Source: an uncultured Pseudomonadota bacterium (GTDB lineage: Bacteria > Oederibacteriota > Muellerivitia > Muellerivitales > Muellerivitaceae). Taken from it: a stretch of 64,000 bases of DNA. Location of the stretch: positions 192,001-256,000 of the forward strand of contig CAVYRH010000019.1 of NCBI GenBank assembly GCA_963770835.1. Direction: 5' to 3'. Both the position numbers and the translations under genes were made by a program. The notes under the pieces were generated by a model. That model saw nothing but the letters and a program-made list of their open reading frames with translations. It did no database searches and was not told the origin of the DNA. Shown piece after piece: positions 28,848 to 37,001 of this stretch; positions within the stretch are counted from its first letter, which is position 1, and each line of letters starts with the position of its first letter.

Positions 28848-29792
28848 CTAGGGGCCGAACTTTTCAACACGGTCGTTTCCCCAATCGGTCACGAAAACCT
28901 TTCCGGTTCCGTCCAACGCGATCCCGGCCGGGTCGTTGAACTGTCCTTTACCTTTGCCTGCTCCCCCCCATTGAGACAGGTAGGAGCCGGAGGAAGTGAA
29001 CATCTGGATACGGTTATTTCCTGAATCCACCACGAAAACCCTGCCCTGGCCGTCCACCGCCATGCCCTCCGGGGTATCGAACTCGCCTTTCCCTACGCCC
29101 GGCTTCCCCCATTTCCCCACAAAATTGCCAGTAGAGCCGAATTTTTCAACGCAGTTATGGTTGGTGTCGGAAACGTAGATATTTCCCTTCGAATCAACGG
29201 CCGTGCCGATGGGCATGGCCAATTGGCCGGGGCCCTCGCCCCCTTCTCCCGCCAGGGCCACAAAGCCCCCGTCGGGGGTGAACTTTTCCACCCGGTTGTT
29301 GCTGCAATCCGCCACCACCAACATCCCCTTGGAGTCCAGCGCTAGAAGGACGGGGTCAAAGAGCTGTCCCTTGCCATCGCCCCGTTCCCCCCATTGGGTC
29401 ACATAGTCACCGGAAGAAGTGTATTTTTTGATGCGGCTGTTGAGGGTGTCCGCCACATAGACATACCCCTGTTGGTCCACTGCCACACCGAGGGCGTGGT
29501 GGAGCTGGTCCCGGCCGCTCCCTTTGGTCCCCCATTGGTTCACATAGTTTCCGTTGGAATCGAAAACCTCGATGCGGTCATTGGCGCAATCCGCGACATA
29601 GACGTTTCCTTTCCCGTCTACGGCGATGCCGTAGGGGTTCCATAACTCGCCTTTTCCAGGGCCTGAACCGCCCCATTGGGCTAAAAAGGAAGGATGAGCC
29701 TCCGAAGGCCCGTCCCCCAGGGCGACCGAAACCGATGCCAAGGCGGCGAGGAACAGGCAGCCGGATATCGAAAAACTTGATTTCAAATCCAC
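28848..29792 (-). CDS. Secreted six-bladed NHL-repeat beta-propeller
   Basis: GTG after AGGAGG, signal peptide, then six WGxxGxGxGQ(L/F)xxPxGxAVDxxGNVYVAD-type repeats. Confidence 0.9.
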   Translation of the reverse strand: MDLKSSFSISGCLFLAALASVSVALGDGPSEAHPSFLAQWGGSGPGKGELWNPYGIAVDGKGNVYVADCANDRIEVFDSNGNYVNQWGTKGSGRDQLHHALGVAVDQQGYVYVADTLNSRIKKYTSSGDYVTQWGERGDGKGQLFDPVLLALDSKGMLVVADCSNNRVEKFTPDGGFVALAGEGGEGPGQLAMPIGTAVDSKGNIYVSDTNHNCVEKFGSTGNFVGKWGKPGVGKGEFDTPEGMAVDGQGRVFVVDSGNNRIQMFTSSGSYLSQWGGAGKGKGQFNDPAGIALDGTGKVFVTDWGNDRVEKFGP

Positions 29793-29818
29793 CCTCCTGG
29801 GCTCAACCAGACCCTAGT

Positions 29819-31969
29819 TTAGCGAAGAGCCCCAAAAGTTTCGGCGGGAATGACTTCCCAATCACTTCCATCCGGTTTCTTCCAGACCAAATGCAAGGCG
29901 GCGTAGTATCCGCTGTCTTTTTCATACTCAAGGCGCAATGAATGTGATCCTTTGGAAAGGACCAGCGGTTTTTCCACCGCAACTCTCTTCCCGTCCAGCC
30001 AAAGTTGTGCCGAATCAGGGCCGAGGACGTTGAATTCATAGCCGCCCGGAACCTTTACTTCAAGGCGGCCCAACCAACGGGCCCGGTAGGGTGGGGGACC
30101 TTGAAATGGAAAATCTTCCCGGGACGCAAAATTAAGGAGGGGATCAAATCGCCGGGCAGTAGGCGGATCGGTCCAATGGGCTGATTGGATGTAGTTCCCT
30201 TCCAAGCCCCTGTTCCACCGGTTCACCTTACGGAGTTCCGAAAGCGGCACCAAGTCCAGGTAAAGCCCGATTTGGTTGTCGGGGTTCCTGAAAATCCCCG
30301 ATTGCCCGGCCGGGAAAAGGGCCCTTAAAAAAAGCCATGTGCCGGACTTGCCTTCCGCCAGGAAAACTGCCGAATCCTTGTCGCGCGGCATTTTTTCCTG
30401 GGCCCAATCGGAAGCCTCGAAAGGAACAATACGGTCATGGGCTTGGTAGCCCAAAAAAGCCACGGTTGGATTGTGCTGGAAAAAGGGATCAACAAAATAC
30501 CGGTACCGGCCGGGTGATTCTTTTTCCATCCGGTTGATTTCATTCCCGATAAAAGTTTGCTCCAACCCGGCGGCTTCCTGGCACCTCAGGTCCTTGGCTT
30601 CCAAACCGAAATAGGCCCATGAGTTTTGGATGACCACTGTGCAAAGAAAAACCGCACTTAAAGGCAAAAGAATCCACCTTTGGTTATTCAGCCTGGAAGC
30701 TGCGGCCTTCCACAAACCGACAGCCCCCACCGCCGCGAAATAAGCGACAAAAGGAAGGATCCCCGTATAGCGCTGGGAAGCCCACCACTCGGTAGTTAAA
30801 ATCCCGGGCAGGGCCATGACCGCCAGGCCGATGAGGGGATAGGCCCCTTGTCTTTCCTTGCACCATCGCCATGTCATTGCCAGGCCGATCCAGAACAGGA
30901 TTCCAGTGAAGTCGTCCAGCATCCGGTGGCCGGGCAGGTTGTGGAAGGGGTCCATGTCCCCCCGGCGGTTCAACATCAGGGCCGTCCCTGCGATTGAATG
31001 CAGGAGGGGTATTGGGCTCTTCTGGGCAAGCAGGGCCGGGAGGATGAAAACCTCCGATTCCCTCCTTCCAAAACTGTTTTGGGTCCAAATCAAGTGGAAC
31101 AGGGGCAATGCCATCACTAGCAAGAGAAGGCCCGATCCTAATAAAGCCCTTTGGTGATACTTTCGTTCTTGGGGGAAGCGGAAATATTCGAACAAGGCCA
31201 ACGCCAATAACAACAGCGGAAGGGCCTTCAAAGATTGATAGGCGTAAAGCCCGAGTCCGGCCACTAGCGCCGCGCTGGCCAAGTAAAGGGGTTTCCGGTT
31301 TTGGAACCCTACTAATAAAAACGTTGCCACTGCGAGCACGTAAAGGGGAGCCTCACAGCTGGGGTGGGGATTACGGGCCTCGATCCATTGCCACCGCATC
31401 ACTGCCATGAACAACAGGGCCGTCAGGGCCGTCGTGGAACCCGCCAGCTTCCGAAAAAAAAGATAGAGGAGAGGAAGTGCCACCAGGGACATCAGGAGGA
31501 AAAACAGATTAATCGAGAAGAGAGAGGCCCCGGCGATGGAAAACCAAGCGGCCAGTTGGTAAAAATCGGTCAGGAAGGGAGTTTGATACTGTAAGGCCTC
31601 TTCCAGTGGCCTCCAACCCTCATGCAATATCCGAAGGGCGCACCACCCCATCTCGCCCAGGTCCATGGAAAGCCCAGCCGGGAAAACATCGAGACGCCAG
31701 AAATGGGCGCCTGCGGCGAGGAGAAAAACAAGGGTGAAAATCGCCAGTTCCTTCTTTAAAGAAATGCCAGAATCGGACAAAGGGGCTGGTATTTGCCTGG
31801 ATTGCCAAAGAGCGGCCGCCGCCAAGAGCAGCCCTACCCAAAGGGTCCAGGGAACTTGGGATTGGGCCAAAAAAAATTGGCCGGCGGTGCCGAAGGCCGC
31901 GACGCTCAAAATCGATACCATTGAAACGGGTTGGGAAGGTCGCCTAGAGTGGGGATCGAAAAATTTCAC
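29819..31969 (-). CDS. GT-C (PMT_2-like) glycosyltransferase with C-terminal PA14 domain
   Basis: HFWRLDVFPAGLSMDLG, GWCALRILHE (shared with the 3947-6994 gene), many TMs, PA14 RGLEGNY...YRARWLGRLEV...GSHSLRLEY...LVWKKPDGSDWEVIP. Confidence 0.85.
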   Translation of the reverse strand: MKFFDPHSRRPSQPVSMVSILSVAAFGTAGQFFLAQSQVPWTLWVGLLLAAAALWQSRQIPAPLSDSGISLKKELAIFTLVFLLAAGAHFWRLDVFPAGLSMDLGEMGWCALRILHEGWRPLEEALQYQTPFLTDFYQLAAWFSIAGASLFSINLFFLLMSLVALPLLYLFFRKLAGSTTALTALLFMAVMRWQWIEARNPHPSCEAPLYVLAVATFLLVGFQNRKPLYLASAALVAGLGLYAYQSLKALPLLLLALALFEYFRFPQERKYHQRALLGSGLLLLVMALPLFHLIWTQNSFGRRESEVFILPALLAQKSPIPLLHSIAGTALMLNRRGDMDPFHNLPGHRMLDDFTGILFWIGLAMTWRWCKERQGAYPLIGLAVMALPGILTTEWWASQRYTGILPFVAYFAAVGAVGLWKAAASRLNNQRWILLPLSAVFLCTVVIQNSWAYFGLEAKDLRCQEAAGLEQTFIGNEINRMEKESPGRYRYFVDPFFQHNPTVAFLGYQAHDRIVPFEASDWAQEKMPRDKDSAVFLAEGKSGTWLFLRALFPAGQSGIFRNPDNQIGLYLDLVPLSELRKVNRWNRGLEGNYIQSAHWTDPPTARRFDPLLNFASREDFPFQGPPPYRARWLGRLEVKVPGGYEFNVLGPDSAQLWLDGKRVAVEKPLVLSKGSHSLRLEYEKDSGYYAALHLVWKKPDGSDWEVIPAETFGALR

Positions 31970-32064
31970 CGGCGAATGACTCCTGTTAAACCCAAGTTGA
32001 AATTATTGTACACTCTCACCTGGAACCTGTCTTTGAAGCCGGTTCCCGATCAAGGATCCCCCTG

Positions 32065-32760
32065 TTGACCCAAACCAACGAAATCAAAACCGACCTGAAT
32101 CGGTTGATTGAGGCTTTCATCGGCCGGTCGCCCTTCTTTCTCTTTTGGAAGGAGGAGAACATTGATCCCACCCTTTCCAAACGCTTCTTGGCTTCTTTTG
32201 ACGCCTTGGTGAAAAGCTTTCCATCCCTGATCGCCGCCGGGGCCTCGCGCATGAAGGACGAGGCAAGCCGCACCACGCTGGCCGTCAACTTATACCAAGA
32301 ATGCGGGGAAGGCGACGTCAGCCGGACCCATTACGCCATTTACCGGAAATTCCTCGCCACAGCGGGGATCGACCTTTCCGCGATCACAGAAAACACTTTC
32401 GCCGCCAAATGGCGGGACCGATTGGCCGAATATCTTCAAAGCGCTTCTACCGGCGCCGTCTTAGGTGCCTTGGCCGCCGGGGAATTCCTGGCCCAGCCTG
32501 CTTTGGGGCGCATTTACCTCGTTTTGAAAAACCATTATCCCCAAGCCGACCAGGAGTATTTCACGAAGCATTTAGCCTTGGAAACCGAGCATGTCGAGGA
32601 AATCACGGCGATCATTGCCCGGCAGGCCGAAGCCGATGGTGGATTTGCGGAAGTTGTTAAGGGTTTTAAATTTGGGTTATCAGTGTGGGAAACCTACTTC
32701 AACCATCTGGCCGAACACCTCGACCAAAAGACATCTTTTGCCACGGATGCACACGGATAA
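32065..32760 (+). CDS. Heme-oxygenase-like diiron enzyme (iron-containing redox enzyme; CADD/TenA/PqqC superfamily)
   Basis: NLYQECG...THYAIYRKFL, GEF, YFTKHLALETEH matches the E..H / E / H..E..H ligand pattern of this fold. Confidence 0.75.
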   Translation: MTQTNEIKTDLNRLIEAFIGRSPFFLFWKEENIDPTLSKRFLASFDALVKSFPSLIAAGASRMKDEASRTTLAVNLYQECGEGDVSRTHYAIYRKFLATAGIDLSAITENTFAAKWRDRLAEYLQSASTGAVLGALAAGEFLAQPALGRIYLVLKNHYPQADQEYFTKHLALETEHVEEITAIIARQAEADGGFAEVVKGFKFGLSVWETYFNHLAEHLDQKTSFATDAHG

Positions 32761-32831
32761 ACACGGATGAAAAATCAGTCTTAAGTTTTCGGCTTAAATT
32801 CTTATCCGCGTTAATCCGTGTGCATCCGTGG
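32741..32831. repeat. Long palindrome built of decamer (ACACGGAT-core) repeats
   Basis: Arm 32741-32768 CCACGGATGCACACGGATAAACACGGAT versus reverse complement of 32804-32831: 26/28 identical. Lies between convergent genes. Confidence 0.9.
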
Positions 32832-32848
32832 TTGAATAGCCTTTGTCT

Positions 32849-33631
32849 TTATTCGAAAATCGGCAATGGCTTCACCCGGCGGCATCCCAGCTTGACGATT
32901 TCCGTGACATGCAGCTGCATCATGTAACCCAGGTATTTTTCCTGGGCTACCGCCAACTTCTTGCGTTCCTCATAAGTCGCACAATTCAGCAGGATTAAAT
33001 CCCTGCCATTGGCGATGTGGGGCGGCTCGTCCTTCTCGATGTCGTAGATGGCATCCATGAGTTCCTTATCGAACAACCGCTTGAAGATACTGGTTTCCAG
33101 GTCCGTCATGGACGAGAGCACGATCTCCCCGGCGAACTGGTTGGCGGCGGCGATTTCCGAGGCCGTCTCCGCTTCCACTTGGACTTTCTGCATTTGAACG
33201 AGGATGGGGGGCAGCTCGAACTCGGAGATTCTCGGTTCTGCCCCAAAGCGGAGCAACTGCTGGGCGAAAACATCGTAATGCCGCATTTCATCCTGGATTT
33301 GCCGGGCCAGCCTCAGCTTCAAGTTGACCTGGTCTTCTGGTAAAAGCGTGATTTCCCTGGCCTGGGCCACCGTGCCGAAATACCACTCCGACCATGCCCG
33401 ACGGCGCATGTATTGCACCAGGGCTTCCTTGTAGGCTTCCGGCTCCAGGGTAATGAACTCATATCCCCGGTCGTCGTAAAGGTCGTTCCCGATATTCTTG
33501 GCCCGGTGGTAAAGCTTTTGCATGTATTCATTCGAGCTCCACTGCATGAGCTGCCCTATTTCCCACTTGGAATAGGCAGGCTCGATTAGGGATTTTGCCG
33601 GAGCCTCAACCCGATGATCCGTTTTTGCCAT
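32849..33631 (-). CDS. Ferritin-like diiron-carboxylate domain protein
   Basis: Two ExxH motifs, RQIQDEMRHY and IEKDEPPHI, plus upstream Glu residues (WSEW, AGEI). Helical pattern. Confidence 0.75.
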   Translation of the reverse strand: MAKTDHRVEAPAKSLIEPAYSKWEIGQLMQWSSNEYMQKLYHRAKNIGNDLYDDRGYEFITLEPEAYKEALVQYMRRRAWSEWYFGTVAQAREITLLPEDQVNLKLRLARQIQDEMRHYDVFAQQLLRFGAEPRISEFELPPILVQMQKVQVEAETASEIAAANQFAGEIVLSSMTDLETSIFKRLFDKELMDAIYDIEKDEPPHIANGRDLILLNCATYEERKKLAVAQEKYLGYMMQLHVTEIVKLGCRRVKPLPIFE

Positions 33632-33632
33632 A

Positions 33633-33659
33633 CTCTGTGTCCTCTGTGAACTCTGTGGT
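33633..33659. repeat. 3 x 9-bp CTCTGTG repeat abutting the ferritin-like start codon
   Basis: ctctgtgtc ctctgtgaa ctctgtggt. The minus strand reads AACCACAGAGTTCACAGAGGACACAGAGT-ATG. Confidence 0.8.
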
Positions 33660-33669
33660 TCAAGCTTGT

Positions 33670-34332
33670 TTAGAAGATTCCTTCTTCTATATTGATCCCG
33701 TACCAGATTTCCAAGCCTACCACACCGGTGGCCTCCATTTCGCCGTTCATGGGGTCCGAAATCATGAAAACGGGGGCCGTGGTAACGTCGGAAGCCTCAT
33801 GCACCACGATAGCCACCGCTGGGTCTCCCGGCAGGTGGTGGATGCTGTAATTGCTATTCTTATACTTCCGCCCAGGGTGGTTATGGCTCTCGGATTTAAA
33901 GCATTTCAGCCAAAAGTCGTAGTCCCGCACCTGGTTGATGGCAATCACGATTCCACCTGTCATCTTGGGTTGGTTGGTGTATTTCCTTTGGTCGGTGTCC
34001 AAACCGTACCAAATCATGGGAATCCGGGCCCCTGATTTATCCATAGCCGCCATGAATTCGGGTGACCGGACAAAGGACACTCCTTTTTGGAGGTCAGAAC
34101 ATTTCAGGGTCAGGATGAAGGTTTTAGGATCTTTCAGATCGCGGTGAAGGCTGTAAGCGGAAAAACCATGGGCTTTAAGGTTGTCCTTTTGTCCCAAGAA
34201 CGCTTGCCGGAAGGATTTAAGGTCGGCAGCCTTCTGAAGGATAAAAACATTACCCGGCGAGTCTAAAGAAGATGCGATTGCCGTATTTAAAATGCTCCCG
34301 ATCAAGATTAAAAAAAATATTCGAATTTTCAT
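33670..34332 (-). CDS. Secreted protein with two tandem dimeric alpha/beta-barrel (cyclase/DUF3764-like) repeats
   Basis: Signal peptide MKIRIFFLILIGSILNTAIA. Two related halves: AADLKSFRQAF..YSLHRDLKDP..FVRSPEFMAAMDKSG..IWYG and VRDYDFWLKCF..YSIHHLPGDP..FMISDPMNGEMEATG..IWYG. Confidence 0.6.
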   Translation of the reverse strand: MKIRIFFLILIGSILNTAIASSLDSPGNVFILQKAADLKSFRQAFLGQKDNLKAHGFSAYSLHRDLKDPKTFILTLKCSDLQKGVSFVRSPEFMAAMDKSGARIPMIWYGLDTDQRKYTNQPKMTGGIVIAINQVRDYDFWLKCFKSESHNHPGRKYKNSNYSIHHLPGDPAVAIVVHEASDVTTAPVFMISDPMNGEMEATGVVGLEIWYGINIEEGIF

Positions 34333-34348
34333 GACCACCAACTGTTTT

Positions 34349-34880
34349 TTATTTTTCTTCAGGGTCATAATATATGGGTGCCAATTTCAGAAGTGGATAT
34401 TTCAGAGTAATCTCTTTAATATTTTCATAATGCATTTTTTGAATTGGCATAGCATGTGTCATCCGATATTGGCCATCAGCAACAATGTTCCAATTGAATC
34501 TATTTCCCGTATCTGACTTTTTCGCAATGAGATTTACCTCTCCTCCATCAATAGCTTGAAATTTACACCTAAGTAATTTCCCCTTTATCCAATTAATAGG
34601 TCCTGCTGGATCTGCTTCAAGTGTTATTTCATCAACCATAACCATTGTTTCTTTCCAATTATCATCCGTTACAAAACACTCTTGCGTACCTTTATATTGG
34701 GTGAGTCCATATTGGTCTTTATAAAGAAAAAGGTGAATATGAATATAATTTCCAGTTTTCTGTCCGTCTTTATACTCGACCAAAAAGGCACTAATCTCAT
34801 CACCATAAGTTTCAATACCAAAGGAACACAGAGGCGATAACAAGGAAATCAAAAAAAATTAATAAAGTACATTTCTTCAT
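34349..34880 (-). pseudogene. Low-GC hypothetical secreted protein, frameshifted in a T8 tract within its signal peptide
   Basis: ATG 34880 gives MKKCTLLIFF and then leaves the frame. Removing one T from the T8 run (A8 at 34851-34858 on +) yields MKKCTLLIFLISLLSPLCSFG-IETY..., continuous with the 167-aa ORF. Confidence 0.55.
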
Positions 34881-34913
34881 TTAAAATCCAATCTGAACCA
34901 AATTTAATATTAA

Positions 34914-36806
34914 TTACCTTTTCTTATTCTTAACTTTCGGTTTCTTCCCCAGCACATGCCACAACCCGTAAGCCAGGAATCCCGCACAGGTGGCGAAAGC
35001 CGCACCCGTAGCAACTTCGCCGGTGTTCTCGTCCACCGATTCACAGGCGATGCCGTTGTCCATCTTGGCGCTCTTCAGGAACTTCAAGGCCCGGTCCTTC
35101 TGTCCCGCCAGGAGGCTGTTCACCGAAGCCAAGACCCAGGGGTGAGGCGCGTGGCCGCAACCCACTTCCTCAAAGGGTTTGCCCGCGAAGGAATAGGGGT
35201 AGTCGGCCGAGTAAATCCAATCTCGGCATCTCTTCCAAAGGGGATAGGTGGGTTTGCAAAAGCCGTAATGGGGCAATAGGAGTAGGCTTCCTGGGGGTTC
35301 ATCGTAAAGCATGTGGCTTTGCTTCGTGTCCAGGTCCACCGACCAGGCAAACATGCGTCCCTTGGGCCCCTTGGTCACGCAATAACGGATGATGGCGGCT
35401 TTCACCAAGTTCGCCTGCCGTTGGAGCAGGCCGATCTTACGGGTCAAAAGCTTGTTCTTTTCCATGCGGTAAATCTGGGCCAGATCCGATAGGGCCCGCC
35501 AGGCCAGAACGTTATCGTAAGTCACATAACGCTGGGGCCAGGGGTCATCGGAAGGCAGGAGCCAGGTCTGGTAGAGGTCCTTTTTCGGGTGTTTTTTCTC
35601 AGCTAATTCCTTCTCGAACCGGTCTAGGCTTTCCCGCACCCCCGGGTGGTTCAAGAAACCCAGGTCCCGGGTGGCTTCCAGGTAGGCCCGAAGGGCGATG
35701 ATGGGGGCGCAAAACTCGTCCAGCTCAAACCCGGGCTCCAGCACCGCGCCCGAAAGGTAGCGGCTATGCACCCCGAAATTAGCGGACTGCCGCCCAAAGA
35801 CGTAACCGAGGACTTTTTTGGCCCATTCCGGGTCCAGGGCTAAAATCGAAGGGAAAGACCAAAGCAGGGTGTCGCGGTCCCAATAGGCCCCACTTACGTA
35901 ATACCGGGGGCTTCGGGAGGTGAGGCAGACCACCTCTTCGGTGTCGATGGTCACGCCGGTGGCGTAAAAGCGGTTGAAGAAGGCGTTGGTGTTCATCATG
36001 GAATCCAACTGGGGGTCCTTGGTCTTGGTGATCCGCCGTTTCCCCTCCAGCCATTTCACTGTTTCCTGTCGCAGGGCGCGGCCACCCTTACGCTGGAGCT
36101 CCCTTGCCGCCGCGAAGGCGCCGATCTCATCCAGGCTCAGCCCGAAATAGAAGTGGGTTTGCCAGGTTTCCCCGGGCTTCAAATCCTTCGATTGGAGCCA
36201 ATGCAACAATAGGTTCTCCTGGGGGTCCACCAGGGTTTCACGGCCCGTCGGGTTGAGGGCCTGTAACCCTTTTCGGAAAAAGATGCGGCTGCTTTTATCC
36301 GGCGGATAGGGAGCGAGGGATAACAAAGGGGCCGGGGAACGAAATTCCAAAGCCGGCATATTCTCCCAGGTCTTGGACACTAGGACCCGGTCGCCCCGCA
36401 AGGGCTTGGTCACGTTGATGCTGTGAAGAAGCGCGGCCCAGGACAACTCCACGGTAAAGCCGCAATAAAGGGTTTCGAGGGAAACATTGGTGGCTTTCAT
36501 GGAAAGCACGAAGCCCCGCGCCCCCGGCGGGCAAAAATAAACCCCCTCCAACTCGAGGGGTTCTTCTTTCACCGAGAACTTCGGCAGCCAGTCCGATTGT
36601 CTTTCCCAGGCCAGGCGGCCTTCCAACAGGAACTCTCCGTCGTTCACCATGACCCGGGGGGTTAAAAAGGGCATGGAGCCGCCCGAGAAGGCCAAGAGGC
36701 CGTTCACCCCCATGTGAATCACGTTCACCTGCTCCACCGCGCCGTCTTTGGCGCGGATAGTGGGCAGGGCCACATATTCATTGCCGGTCGGGAAATAGGA
36801 TTCCAT
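34914..36806 (-). CDS. Glycoside hydrolase, GH125-like (metal-independent alpha-mannosidase, (alpha/alpha)6 barrel)
   Basis: AYWDRDTLLW, FELDEFCAP, PSDDP, YVTYDNVL, YDEPPGSLLLLPHYGF, HPWVL, GIACESVD, FATCAGFL. Confidence 0.75.
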   Translation of the reverse strand: MESYFPTGNEYVALPTIRAKDGAVEQVNVIHMGVNGLLAFSGGSMPFLTPRVMVNDGEFLLEGRLAWERQSDWLPKFSVKEEPLELEGVYFCPPGARGFVLSMKATNVSLETLYCGFTVELSWAALLHSINVTKPLRGDRVLVSKTWENMPALEFRSPAPLLSLAPYPPDKSSRIFFRKGLQALNPTGRETLVDPQENLLLHWLQSKDLKPGETWQTHFYFGLSLDEIGAFAAARELQRKGGRALRQETVKWLEGKRRITKTKDPQLDSMMNTNAFFNRFYATGVTIDTEEVVCLTSRSPRYYVSGAYWDRDTLLWSFPSILALDPEWAKKVLGYVFGRQSANFGVHSRYLSGAVLEPGFELDEFCAPIIALRAYLEATRDLGFLNHPGVRESLDRFEKELAEKKHPKKDLYQTWLLPSDDPWPQRYVTYDNVLAWRALSDLAQIYRMEKNKLLTRKIGLLQRQANLVKAAIIRYCVTKGPKGRMFAWSVDLDTKQSHMLYDEPPGSLLLLPHYGFCKPTYPLWKRCRDWIYSADYPYSFAGKPFEEVGCGHAPHPWVLASVNSLLAGQKDRALKFLKSAKMDNGIACESVDENTGEVATGAAFATCAGFLAYGLWHVLGKKPKVKNKKR

Positions 36807-36825
36807 TAAAAGGTCCTTTTAACCT

Positions 36826-36879
36826 GTCATTGCGAGGAATGCCCGCCGAATAGGCGGGCGTTTATGACGAAGCAACTCC
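36826..36879. repeat. REP-like palindromic element (GTCATTGCGAG...GACGAAGCAA type)
   Basis: gtcattgcgaggaat-gcccgcc-gaata-ggcgggc-gtttatgacgaagcaactcc, with a perfect 7-bp internal stem. Confidence 0.6.
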
Positions 36880-37001
36880 AGTTTAAATACGCCTTTGGGA
36901 AGTGTCAGCAACCAAGGTCAAAAACCAAAAAGGCCCCTGAAACCCCGCGATTCGAACTTGTTATAGACTTTCGACGGCGAACTGCCAACTGCGAACTGAC
37001 G

